From assembly GCF_006345805.1 (NCBI RefSeq), contig NC_043003.1, positions 33,170,001 to 33,234,000 of the forward strand: a stretch of DNA of 64,000 bases, in the 5' to 3' direction. Source of the stretch: Octopus sinensis. Taxonomy: Eukaryota. The notes beneath the pieces are model-generated. The model was given only the letters and a program-made list of their open reading frames with translations. It made no database searches and was not told where the DNA came from. Of the stretch, positions 13,195 to 25,329 are shown in pieces; the first letter of the stretch is position 1, and each line of letters begins with the position of its first letter. A program made the position numbers and the translations under genes.

Positions 13195-14200
13195 ACTACG
13201 GAGGTCAGCTGAAAAGTACATAAGTTGACCATGACACTCTCATGAAATGTGACCAAATGAGGTTTGTTTTCCCCCTTGCAATTCACTCACTTTTTCCATC
13301 AGTGTTGCAGTGCTTCGATCCCATTGGTGATCTAAAAACTCATCAACAGAATGTTGAGGAATAGATGATAATCAGTTGGGGCCAAATCAGGAGAAAAGGG
13401 AAGCTTATTAACCAATTCAGAACTACTGTCATATACTGCAGCCATTGAAACCTAAAACTTGTATGCTGGAGCATTATCTTAATGAAATAAGGCCCCTTAC
13501 GTTAGTTTTCTTGGGTATTTGAGTTTTATAGCCTTTCGTAAGTGCTTAAGCATGATGGCATAGTACTCCTCATTGATGGCGCATTACTTTTCAAGATATT
13601 CAAGAACAAAAATGCCTTTTGGATTCCAAAAGACTGAAGCCATAACTTTCCCTTCAAATAAAACAATATTGGCCTTATTTGGAGCAGGCGAGGAGGGGGC
13701 GTTTCCACTGCATGTATTGTCTCTTTGTCTCTGACTGAACGAGATGAACCCAACCAGCTGGATTTGCCTCAAACAATGTCAAATGTTCTCGTGATCTGAT
13801 CAGCCTGGTGTACTTTTGATCAGGTGACAGAGGATATGGCAGCCACGGAACAGAAACATTTTGTCCTGGTATATACTAATAGCGTTAGCTATTTGATTTA
13901 TACTGTCCTCCATCACCATGTGATGAACACGATAACTGTTTTTCTGCGTGGTTGCAGTTTCAGGACGACCAGACTTTAAGTCATCATTAAAACTCTCCAT
14001 TCACCTCCTAAATTCAGTTTCCCGCTTTTACACTGTTACTAAAGTTGGAGCGTTATCTTTTAATTTAGTAACCATGTCTTTTCTGCTGGCACTTGGTAAC
14101 AACACGATGCCAAATTTTGTCGTCTATCAAAAGAAGTCGCTTCTAGTTACATTTGAAGTCAGATGTCAATTTAGCTGAAAGGAAATAATGCAGTTATTAA
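13195..14200 (-). mobile_element. Mariner-like DNA transposon relic with frameshifted transposase
   Basis: Minus-strand fragments read DKIWHRVVTK, KDNAPTLVTV, FNDDLKSGRPETATT and GKVMASVFWNPKGIFVLEYLEK, all typical mariner motifs. The TIR-like end tacggaggtcagctgaaaagt is at ~13195. Confidence 0.85.
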
Positions 14201-14289
14201 TAATAACACAAACGCATAAATATATGCATGTAGAGAGGTGGGGCAAAAGAGAATGAATGAGAGAGCGCCGTTAAAAGAGTGGTGAATAA

Positions 14290-14750
14290 CACTAATGAAT
14301 ATAAAGTGCAAAGAGCAATTGAATGAATCGTTATTGTTCCCAAGTTATTCTAAAATAATGAAGGAAAGCGGCAAACTTATAAACAGACTGATCTGACAAA
14401 AAATAGAAAAGAACGATTTTATGGGAAGGCAGTGCTGAGGTTCTATATGAAATGAACTGTTGATAATATGCAGGGTATTAGGAAGAAACAGCGTGTAGTG
14501 TATCAAGTAGAGATGGAATGTTATAAGTTTGTAGCTAGGATCCTTAGGTTGGAACTGGTTACTAATAGAGTTGGATGAATAACAGGGTAGTGATTCTGAA
14601 TTTGCAGAGTAAGGCAGAAAACCGTTCATCATATATAATACAGAGTTACGTGAGAGAAGACCAAACACAACAAGAAATACAATAACTTAGAATTGGGAGT
14701 TTCAAGCAGTTTGTTGCTTAGTACGTTCGCTTCATCGATCACAAGAGGGA
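14290..14750 (-). mobile_element. Probable LINE-like remnant, family unassigned; second copy at ~17050-17530
   Basis: Two diverged copies have partly open minus-strand frames (PYSANSESLPCY versus TYTASPKSLPCY). No diagnostic catalytic motif is visible. Confidence 0.35.
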
Positions 14751-16908
14751 AAATGTAAACGAATTTCTAAACAAGACAGTTAATTTATGGGTACGTCGTA
14801 ACTATACGGTCAATTTTGCTAGCACAGGACTTTATTATATTAGCAGTATTTATTTATCTGGCTCCCGGTAAATGAACAGCAGTGTTTTACCGTATTGCAA
14901 AACTTAAAAATAAGTGGCCGATCTACAATTGTATGAAGAATGAAATATTTCGAAGAAAAAAAAATCATTAAATCAAGGCTTTATTGCTGTACACTACTGT
15001 AACTGACAAAAAAAAAAAAAAAGAAGTATCTTCAAGCTTTCAAGAAGTAGAATTAAAAATGGAACGAAATGCAGTCGAACTTGAAGCATTTGACTGATTT
15101 CTGTTATAATAAATATAAATACATTCAACATTGGGTAAAGCAGCTTTAAGATAAGAGAATAGGCCTAAGAATGACGTGTTTTGTAATATTGATTTATTTC
15201 TTGGTAGGAGACACATAGGTTAATCTATAAGGGAATATTGCTGTGAGATAGCAAAACGTTTATGTCCAAGGCCATTAGGAGTGTAATAGAAATACATTTC
15301 CATAATCGAAAATGAAAACCTCGTTGAGGTCGTGCCAGAGATGGAGCAGTACCTTGGTATGGAGAATAAACAATTAAATAAATGAAATGGTCCCAAATGG
15401 AAGAGGACTGATACATTTATAAGTGCCAATGATAACATTCGCTTCTAGTTTGGACTGACATATAATAGGCCCAGATCCTGTAGACTGTAATACTGAATAT
15501 TATCTACAAAGGCATCGCTAATGTTGATTTCGAAATTTGGTACAAGGCCTGCAATTTCGGAGGAGAGGTAAGTCAGTTACATCGACCCCGGTGCTCGACT
15601 GGTACTTATTTTATCGACCACGAAAGATGAAAGGCAAAATCGACCTTAGCGGAATTTGTGAAGACGGGCGAAATGGCGTTAAGGATTTTGCCTGGCGAGT
15701 TAACGATTCTGCCAGCTCGACGCCTGAAATGCATCACAAATATTACAAAGCCAGTCTGGCTCTCACCGACTATATTTTACTCCCACCAAACTAAGGTAGT
15801 AGTGGACTATTAAATATCGGTGCAAAGTTTAAGATGGGTCTTTGAGATGACCTCTGGTTCCCTAAATATTGTGCCTGCTACTTGTACATTATGTTGACTG
15901 AAATCGCATCAAATTTAATTAATCTATTCTTACAGCATTTTCATTGAAAATGCTGTAAGAAATTGCTACTAAAATCTAAACCTACATCTACGGAAAAAAC
16001 CCCCAGATAAATAAGAAGACAAGCTACAAAAAATAGTCTATCTTCCTCACAATCATACACATCTTCTAAACCAAGAAGCAATCAGCAGTTATTTTAGTTC
16101 AAAGTATACGCTTACAAAGTAAAAAGATACGGTATGTCCGGAAAGTTGTTAAATATAGATCAGCTCAAGAAGATCAGACTCGGAGCTAAAATACAACCAG
16201 AAGGCATGCGCTAGTAGACAATATTTCCGAGAATACAATGTCCTGCATAGACACATCATAACATTCTGGTCTGGATTAATGGGTCAGCCTCAGTTACACC
16301 TTAATGGATTATCTTCAACAGACTCATTAAAAGTAATGTCTTCAATTCCTACACAAGAGCCTGCAAATGTTGCTTTCATAATTTAATTTCTGAAATAATT
16401 CACTGCATATTCTTCAGCTAGCCTATACTATGATAACCTTGGTTAGCTACTCTCCATAGAGCAGTTACCAAAGTTTAGTTCCCAAAGAGAAAACGTAGTT
16501 ATAATCGGACGACTCTCTTAGAATATCATGCTGTGAAGATACAACGTAGATTTATCATATGGAAAGGCCACCTGATTAGCACGTGTTAGGCACGGCATCC
16601 TTTCCCATGGGCATACAGATGTTTTGGAGAGATAAAGAAACTATTTTTATTTGAAAAATAATAACAAAAAATACCACATACGAGTTGAAAAATAACGCGA
16701 TAACACATGGACTGCGCATGGGGATTTTATTGTTGGTCAGGCTTAATCGTGTACAATGTATACAGATGAATGAAAATAGAGAAAAAAATAGGAATAGAAA
16801 ATTATCACATATGGGAAATGTGATATTTTCCTTCCCTTTTTATTAATATGTCAAACGACCGAACAGACATACATACTCAAAACATACACACACGGTCACA
16901 AATCATAC

Positions 16909-16986
<78 letters not shown>

Positions 16987-17530
16987 TTATAGAAGTAGAG
17001 AAATCAAAGGTGGGACTTCGTTAAAAGACACCAGAGACCCAGACCTCTGAATGAATGATACTAATGAATATAAAGTGCAAAGGGCAATGGAATGAATCAT
17101 TATTGTTCTCAAGTTATATTGAAATAATGAAGCAAAACCTCGAACTCATAGTGCAGTCTACACTGACAAAAATATAAAGAGCGATAGTGAGGTAAGGCAA
17201 TACAGAGTGTCTATCGGAAAGTCAGCGTAGGAAAAGATGTGGATAGTAGGGAGAGATGTGAGGGAAGATAAAGACAGTGTACAGTACTTCAGTATAGATA
17301 GGATGTTGTGGATTTGTAACTAGATCATTTAGGAGCAAATTAGTTGTCATTGGAATTAGAACGAACAAATAACAAGGAAGTGACTTGGGACTTGCAGTGT
17401 AAGTCTGACAACGGCTCATTATGTATGATGCAAAGAAATCTGAGAAAGATATGAAACAAAGTAAGAAGAAAACATTATTTTGGAAATTTCAAGTGGTTTG
17501 TTCCTTTGTATGCATCACAGGAGAAGTAAA
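14750..17530 (+). repeat. Unit 2 of the ~2.7-kb tandem duplication
   Basis: Same anchors as unit 1. It lacks the mariner and instead carries ~1.1 kb (15860-16990) with no visible counterpart in unit 1. Confidence 0.7.
15520..15725 (-). mobile_element. Family B SINE
   Basis: catcgaccccggtgctcgactggtactta...aacgattctgccagctcgacgcc. Confidence 0.75.
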
Positions 17531-17838
17531 AAATAGTCTGGTTTGTTGTGGACCAAAATTCCTGGACGTTCTCAGGCAATAGCAATGCTGTCCGCTAGCA
17601 TGGAACGAATTCATAAGGTAGGGAAGATATTAGCAAAAAATATCTTATTTTTGTTACCTGATGACATGAATGCAAAGCCAATTGAACTTAACAAATACGT
17701 ACATGTACATACGTGTACATACATATACACACACGTACACACGCACCCACATACATACATTCATCCGTCCATCCATCAATCCATCCATCCATATATATAT
17801 ATATATGTGTGTGTGTACATATATATACATATATAAAC

Positions 17839-17893
<55 letters not shown>

Positions 17894-17921
17894 TATATAT
17901 ATTATATATATATATACATAC

Positions 17922-17967
<46 letters not shown>

Positions 17968-18074
17968 TCGGGGTGAGTACTTGATAATTATAAGCACCTG
18001 TGTATACCGTTTGGTGGTGTAGGTGGTGGAGTAAATTGATCAAAATAAAATAAAAACATGATGCGAAGGATTCA

Positions 18075-18152
18075 GCGGTACATATGTTTCGGGCCTTTAT
18101 TAGACAGATTTATAACAATGCATAATGTATGTCTGTGGCCTTCTTCAGCCGC
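18075..18152 (-). ncRNA. Minimal type-I hammerhead ribozyme motif (left arm)
   Basis: Reverse complement of the motif at 23109-23186, with all core nucleotides present. Confidence 0.8.
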
Positions 18153-19433
18153 GCACAACAGCTTCCACAAGGACATGTGTTACATCAAAAATTCTTGGTT
18201 GGGGATGCAAATCCTCTCATTCGCGTACGACATAATGCGGCAGCAGCATAGAATTGAAGCGTCCATCTCTTTCTTCTCTCAATGTAGAATGAGGAAAATT
18301 GGATGTTGAGGTAATGTAAATAAATAAATACATATATAGACGTGAAGATGGAGGGGCGAGAATTCGGGACGAGGGATAAAAAATGTATAAAAGGTGTAAG
18401 TATAGAAAAATATAAAAATGTAGAGCATAAAGATATAAAGAGTTATAAGGAGATGTAAAGGGGGTATACAGAATATAAAGAAATATAAAGAAATATAAAT
18501 AAATGTAAAGGCATAAGGTTATAAAGTAAAAATAGAAATAGAAATAAAAGTAAAAAAAACATGATAAAAACATGATAAAAATGTAAAAGAATGTAAAGAT
18601 AAGGGATGTGTAGAGGTTACGGACCAAGCATGGTGGTCAGGAGATTGATAAAATTTAGTTGTAGAATTGTCAGTAAATCAACAGTTTCGTCTGGGGACCT
18701 AATGTGTTGTAAATCAGAGCTGATGAGCATTTAATCTGGTTCCTTGAATTAAATGGACTTCTAGTACATACATATCATCATGGATACATACACCCACATA
18801 CACGCGTACATATACGCCTCCAAGCCTATAAGCATACACACGCACTCGCGTGTAAACATGTACATAAACACACACGCACCCACACGCACGCGCGTACACA
18901 TACATACATACAACAGAATATCCGCATGTATACACGGACACTATACGCGTACACACTCACATGTACATACGTGCGCCCATCCCTACATACACACACGTAT
19001 ATGCCCACGCCTCTAGGTCTAGATATAAGATATTAAAGGATGTATATAAGAACGTATGTAAAACATCACGTACTCATGTATATACGTGTACGCACACACG
19101 GCTGTGTGTCCGTATGTGCGTGCACATATACACTCATATACACACACAGAGACACACGCGCATATGGGTATAGCTATAAGATATCGAAATATGTATGTAC
19201 ATATATGCGCGTGCATATGTATGTATGCGTATACACACGTACGCGGACGCTCGTATAGTCAAAAAGTGGATCCATAGGTAAGTAAATAAACATATATAGA
19301 GGTGTAAAGCGATAAGTTAGGGGTAAGAATGAGGGTAAGGGTAAAAATTAGAAATAAAAAATACAGTATAAAATAAGAAATACAATGTAATAGTTAGAAA
19401 TGAAATATAAGAATTATAAAAATTATAAGAGTT

Positions 19434-20920
19434 AAGAAGCTTTTCTCCGAGGTACCGGATCTTCAGGGGGGTCTATACAGAGACGACGCTCTCTTCATAT
19501 ACCCCACCAACAATAGGAGTAAACTAGAAAGAATTAGGAAAAAGATCAGGCTTTTTTTTCAAATCCTTCAATCTTAAACTAGAATTTATGACCAATACTA
19601 AAATAGTAAACTTCTTAGATGTTACGTTAGATTTGAATAAGCACCTTCACCACCCGTATAGGAAACCCGAAGAAACTACCAAATACATCCATACCTCTTC
19701 CAACCATCCACCCTGTATAATTAGCACCACGGTCCAAGCCATCTCAGACAGACTGACAAAACTATCCTCTAATAGAGAAATTTTCAATAATCATGCACAA
19801 CACTACAACCAGGCTCTCTATAGTGCCGGGTATAACCAGAGAATATCATATGTAGACCACCCGGGAGCGTCCGTCGGCCATAAAACTCCAAATTATAATC
19901 GAACTCAGCACTCAACACACACTAGCGATAATTCTAATTTAAACTCCAAGCAACGTATAGGAAATAGGCGAACTAATAGAATAGCACACAATAGTAACCC
20001 TCCCAACGAGAGCAATATAGATCCTATTAGGAGAAATAGAAGGGATAATAGTAGATTACGCAAATATATATGGTTCAACATACCTTACAACTTAGCAGTT
20101 AGGGGTAAGTTATGTAATGGAATATTCTCTATAATTTCCAACAACTTCCCACCCACCCACAAGTATAGAAGTATCTTCTCCAACAAAACTATTAGGATTT
20201 CCTACTCTACCTTGCCCAACATGAGCTGCCTCATAGCTAAACATAACTATATTAATATTAGAACAGCTAGATCAAGAGCAAACCATAGCGACCAACAGAA
20301 CCCCCCTCATCTAGACAGTAGACAATATAACCAGACTGGCAGCCATACTACCCAAACAGTTAGTAATAACACCCGCCAACACAACAGAGGAAATACTACA
20401 CCCATCAACAACCAGGAGGATACCAACGCCCCCACTCGTATTGCAACATCTCCGCCTGGGATTAGCAGCACACGACCGAATAATGCAACGCAATGCAACT
20501 GCAGATGTGCATCAGAGTGCCCGCTGCAGGGCGCATGTAGGGCGAAAAACTTAATATATTCATGTGAGGTGAGTACTCAGTTTAACACACTCTCCTATAT
20601 TGGTTGCTCAACCTCCTGGAAATCCAGATACTACAACCACCGGTCCTCGCTGAGACACAGACATAAGCTAACAGCAGCACCTCCCTCTCTAAAAGAATTT
20701 GGAATTAAAAGACAAATGCATAGGCTTCAAACTCAGATGGTCCATCATCGGATCAGCTGCACCTTATTTAAATAATAGAGCAGGATGCCAACTATGTTGT
20801 GTAGAACTCCTGAACATCTTGAAATTCAAAGACAAACACAATCTTATTAACAAAATGTCAGAGTTCAAACCATCCTGTATACACAAACTTATTAACACTT
20901 TCAAATACTTCAAAGTTTAG
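19434..20920 (+). pseudogene. 5'-truncated Penelope RT + GIY-YIG endonuclease ORF with three single-base frameshifts
   Basis: RT motif GGLYRDDAL (Y at 19476), then VNFLDVTLDL, PYRKP..TKYIHTSSNHPP, WFNIPY, ISYSTLPNM, the Cys-rich linker CNCRCASECPLQGAC, LIY..YIG (GIY-YIG), and after restoring frame SLSKRIWELK..GCQLCCVE. The Cys-rich linker suggests the Neptune group (inference). Confidence 0.92.
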
Positions 20921-21800
20921 GTCTTATACCAACTCCCCCATGCAATTTCCTCTCACCCGGTGCAACCTGTCGGCTCCAACACATCCCGCTTTCCTATATG
21001 TGCGTGTATATGCGTATGTGTGTGTGTATGTATATGTATGTGCACATATGTGTACGTATGTGTACACATATATATATATATACATGTGCGTGTGTGTGTG
21101 TGTGTGTGGGTGTGCGTATGGGCATATACGGTTCTCTGCATTTTCCTCCTATATATACAAATTTTGTCTCCCATATATGACTTCTTTTCCCTAAATATTT
21201 CTTCTCCTACACCCATATCCTCCCTATATAGTCTCTTTAATTCCCTATATCTATACCCTTTCACATTTCTAACTCGGATGTTGAACGCACACCGCCAAAC
21301 TCCACTTCCCACCCTTCTAATTTTCAGTTCCCCCCGCCCGCCCCTACGTTTAACACACACCTCTAACTTTCAACCACCTTCATGTCATGTTAAACTTTAC
21401 CAAATTATATTTTTATCTTATTTTATACTATTCTTATTTTTACTTTTATTTTTACTTTTATCCTACTTCCATTTATTTTTATTTTTACTTTTATTCTACT
21501 TCCATTTATTCTCATTTTTATTTTCATCCCTTACCTTAACCGTGGTGCTAATTATACAGGGTGGATGGTTGGAAGAGGTATGGATGTATTTGGTAGTTTC
21601 TTCGGGTTTCCTATACGGGTGGTGAAGGTGCTTATTCAAATCTAACGTAACTAAGAAGTTTACTATTTTAGTATTGGTCATAATTCTAGTTTAAGATTGA
21701 AGGATTTGAAAAAAAAGCCTGATCTTTTTCCTAATTCTTTCTAGTTTACTCCTATTGTTGGTGGGGTATATGAAAGAGCGTCGTCTCTGTATAGACCCCC

Positions 21801-21831
21801 CTGAAGATCCGGTACCTCGGAGAAAAGCTTC
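21801..21831 (+). ncRNA. Hammerhead core lacking helix I, antisense to the RT motif region (mirror copy 19436-19466, minus strand)
   Basis: CTGAAGA, helix II TCCG/CGGA, GAAA, palindrome AAGCTT, UUC site. The flanks CCCC and TTAA cannot pair. Confidence 0.35.
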
Positions 21832-23108
21832 TTAACTCTTATAATTTTTATAATTCTTATATTTCATTTCTAACTATTACATTGTATTTCTTATTTTATA
21901 CTGTATTTTTTATTTCTAATTTTTACCCTTACCCTCATTCTTACCCCTAACTTATCGCTTTACACCTCTATATATGTTTATTTACTTACCTATGGATCCA
22001 CTTTTTGACTATACGAGCGTCCGCGTACGTGTGTATACGCATACATACATATGCACGCGCATATATGTACATACATATTTCGATATCTTTAGCTATACCC
22101 ATATGCGCGTGTGTCTCTGTGTGTGTATATGAGTGTATATGTGCACGCACATACGGACACACAGCCGTGTGGCGTACACGTATATACATGAGTACGGATG
22201 TTTTACATACGTTCTTATATACATCCTTTAATATCTTATATCTAGACCTAGAGGCGTGGGCATATACGTGTGTGTATGTAGGGATGGGCGCACGTATGTA
22301 CATGTGAGTGTGTACGCGTATAGTGTCCGTGTATACATGCGGATATTCTGTTGTATGTATATATGTGTACGCGCGTGCGTGTGGGTGCGTGTGTGTTTAT
22401 GTACATGTTTACACGCGAGTGCGTGTGTATGCTTATAGGCTTGGAGGCGTATATGTACGCGTGTATGTGGGTGTATGTATCCATGATGATATGTATGTAC
22501 TAGAAGTCCATTTAATTCAAGGAACCAGATTAAATGCTCATCAGCTCTGATTTACAACACATTAGGTCCCCAGACGAAACTGTTGATTTACTGACAATTC
22601 TACAACTAAATTTTATCAATCTCCTGACCACCATGCTTGGTCCGTAACCTCTACACATCCCTTATTTTATTCTTTTACATTTTTATCATGTTTTTATCAT
22701 GTTTTTTTACTTTTATTTCTATTTCTATTTTTACTTTATAACCTTATGCCTTTACATTTATTTATATTTCTTTATATTTCTTTATATTCTGTATACCCCC
22801 TTTACATCTCCTTATAACTCTTTATATCTTTATGCTCTACATTTTTATATTTTTCTATACTTACACCTTTTATACATTTTTTATCCCTCGTCCCGAATTC
22901 TCGCCCCTCCATCTTCACGTCTATATATGTATTTATTTATTTACATTACCTCAACATCCAATTTTCCTCCTCATTCTACATTGAGAGAAGAAGAGATGGA
23001 CGCTCAATTCTATGCTGCTGCCGCATTATGTCGTACGCGAATGAGAGGATTTGCATCCCCAACCAAGAATTTTTGATGTAACACATGTCCTTGTGGAAGC
23101 TGTTGTGC

Positions 23109-23186
23109 GCGGCTGAAGAAGGCCACAGACATACATTATGCATTGTTATAAATCTGTCTAATAAAGGCCCGAAACATATGTACCGC
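23109..23186 (+). ncRNA. Minimal type-I hammerhead ribozyme motif (right arm)
   Basis: Helix I GCGG/CCGC; CTGAAGA 23113-23119; helix II GGCC/GGCC with a long insert; GAAA 23171-23174; helix III palindrome ACATATGT; predicted cleavage GUA after 23182. Confidence 0.8.
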
Positions 23187-23223
23187 TGAATCCTTCGCAT
23201 CATGTTTTTATTTATTTTGATCA

Positions 23224-23288
<65 letters not shown>

Positions 23289-24300
23289 ATATATATATAA
23301 TGGAGATAAATAGGGAAAGAGAGAAGGGGAGAGAAAGAAGGCGAAGGCTCTTCATCGTTCGTCGATGAGGATAGGGTTATTCGAACAACTGAAGAAAAAT
23401 TAACGTACATGTACTTAAGTAAGCTACAAACACGTATGCTATTAACGAAATTCTCAGTGTTTTGAAAATGCTGTGCCATGTGGATTGAATTTTTTAGGAT
23501 TGTATTCAGTTTCCATCTTCTCACGAGCGAGATATGAGTCGACTAGAGTCTGTAGTAAATATCATTTGCGCTAGATTCCAAACAGGAGGATTGAAACTGA
23601 GACGGAATGCTGTAGGAATGGGAAAGTATATGCTTGAAAGATGTGGGTGGTGAGAAATGCGTGGTGGAGACAATTTTTCTCGTTTGATAAAGGAGGATTT
23701 TATTTGTTGTGCAGCTGACATGTAGCTAAACGAATAAACTTTTATAGGTTGTCATGTAGCAGATAAATCATATTCAACTCTCCATCTGTGTTTCTTGAAG
23801 ATTCTCTTACATCTTTATAATATGCATTCGGTTTGTCTCAGATGTTGGTGTTTGAAGATTTCTTTCAAGAAATTTTAAAAACGGTTCTTTCTTAAAGGCA
23901 GGCTCATATATATTATGTCCTAAAAAGAAATATTGGAATATTCCAATATGTTTGTTTAACTTCTATTTATAAATGTATAAATATAGATATATGTACTATA
24001 TAACTACATATCGATACTTACACATGCAGATAAATGCCTATAGATAATACAATTCTTCGTAGAGATATGCATCTATAAGTAGATATATACATAATCGATT
24101 GGCCTTAATGTTCGCTCACTTTACTCCTTTGCGCATATGTACACGTTAGATACTTGATACCCTTCATGTTTTACTTTCGCACGTGTAATCGTTTGATACT
24201 TGACACAGTAAGGTAGTTTGACACGAACCTGCGATGACATAGGTTGTACTTTATTTGCTCGGGGTCACTCTCAAATTGGAGAACCAAAATGCACATTATT

Positions 24301-24400
24301 NNNNNNNNNNNNNNNNNNNNNNNNNNNNNNNNNNNNNNNNNNNNNNNNNNNNNNNNNNNNNNNNNNNNNNNNNNNNNNNNNNNNNNNNNNNNNNNNNNNN
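24301..24400. other. Assembly gap (100 N)
   Basis: A run of n characters. Confidence 1.
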
Positions 24401-25329
24401 GAACCCAGTTTCGAAATTCTCCCAAGACATCTGTTGAAGGCTAGAGGATCTTATCAATTACATATGTCCACAGACAATTCCTTTTCCACAGTCCATCGAT
24501 CAGTTTTAGATGTCAAATATCGATAATATGTATGCAATCATATATACAAGGTCTGCTTTTTATATACCTCACCGGGTGATTTGACATTAAAAATGTATGT
24601 AAGTATTCAGAATTGTGAACTCCACTTTTTCTATGTGCATTTGGACCAGATTCATCTCTTGAGATGAGTTTGAAATGTTGGAAACAAAACCCCTAGTTGC
24701 GGAAACTATATATTTCCATAATTCTATAGGCTTGGAGGAGAATGAAAAGGACTTAATTTTTTTCTGGCGTGAACTCACATTTTGATGGGGTAAAAACGTC
24801 TAATTTAGTTTATACTGAGTCGGGTGTATACCTCTTCTCTCTAAATGTTGCAATACTTTTGTACTATCCAGAAGAATACTCTACGGAAATCATGCCTCCG
24901 GAAAATGTATTTAAAAAATTACCAAAGAATCCATAACTTCTACTGTTGCTTCTTCAGTAACAGAAAAATTCGAATGCTTTCCTGCTGCAGAAAATAATCC
25001 TCCGCAGAGATTTAAAAGATGATTTCTCTTCTAAAACTATCTCTTCTACTTTACAATAATATTCCTATTCACCTTCATGTTGGCTACATAGTCCCTCAAA
25101 TTCAAAGACATTTTCGACTTTTCAAATGTAAATATACAATTTAGCATTCTCTAAAGTGTTAATATGACTTTGAATGATATAATTAGTCGCGCATGTGCAT
25201 GCATGTAGACACACAGGGGCCGAAATATAATTCTGAATTATTTCCCTTTAATAATATGTACGAATCAGAAATCAAAAGCTGAAAAAGACAATGAATTTGA
25301 TTAAATGATATTATGTAATTCACAGGTCA

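Larger units (their letters stand above)
12080..14750 (+). repeat. Unit 1 of an old ~2.7-kb tandem duplication
   Basis: Collinear homology with unit 2 at a roughly constant offset: 12085/14755 (caagacagt..aattt), 12370/15048 (tagaattaaaaatggaacgaaatg), 13142/15803 (tggac.attaaatatc), 14290/17057 (actaatgaatataaagtgcaaag). Confidence 0.75.
18035..23225. mobile_element. Composite Penelope-like insertion forming a 5.2-kb fold-back (arms 18035-19733 and 21539-23225)
   Basis: The two arms are near-identical reverse complements that differ mainly by small indels. Each contains an HHR-bearing terminal segment plus the RT segment GLYRDD...IISTTV. The spacer holds the rest of the ORF and a 3' UTR. 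Confidence 0.9.

Noticed and set aside
16370-16420. Minus-strand CTGAAGA...GAAA spacing
   Set aside because: The CTGAAGAATA segment pairs with the downstream TATTTCAG instead, and there is no helix I or II geometry.
18715-18760. CTGATGAG followed by a CATTT/AAATG stem inside the Penelope arm
   Set aside because: No GAAA follows the stem and there is no helix III, so it is not a hammerhead.
24171-24526. ORFs spanning the N run
   Set aside because: They are artefacts of translating through the assembly gap.
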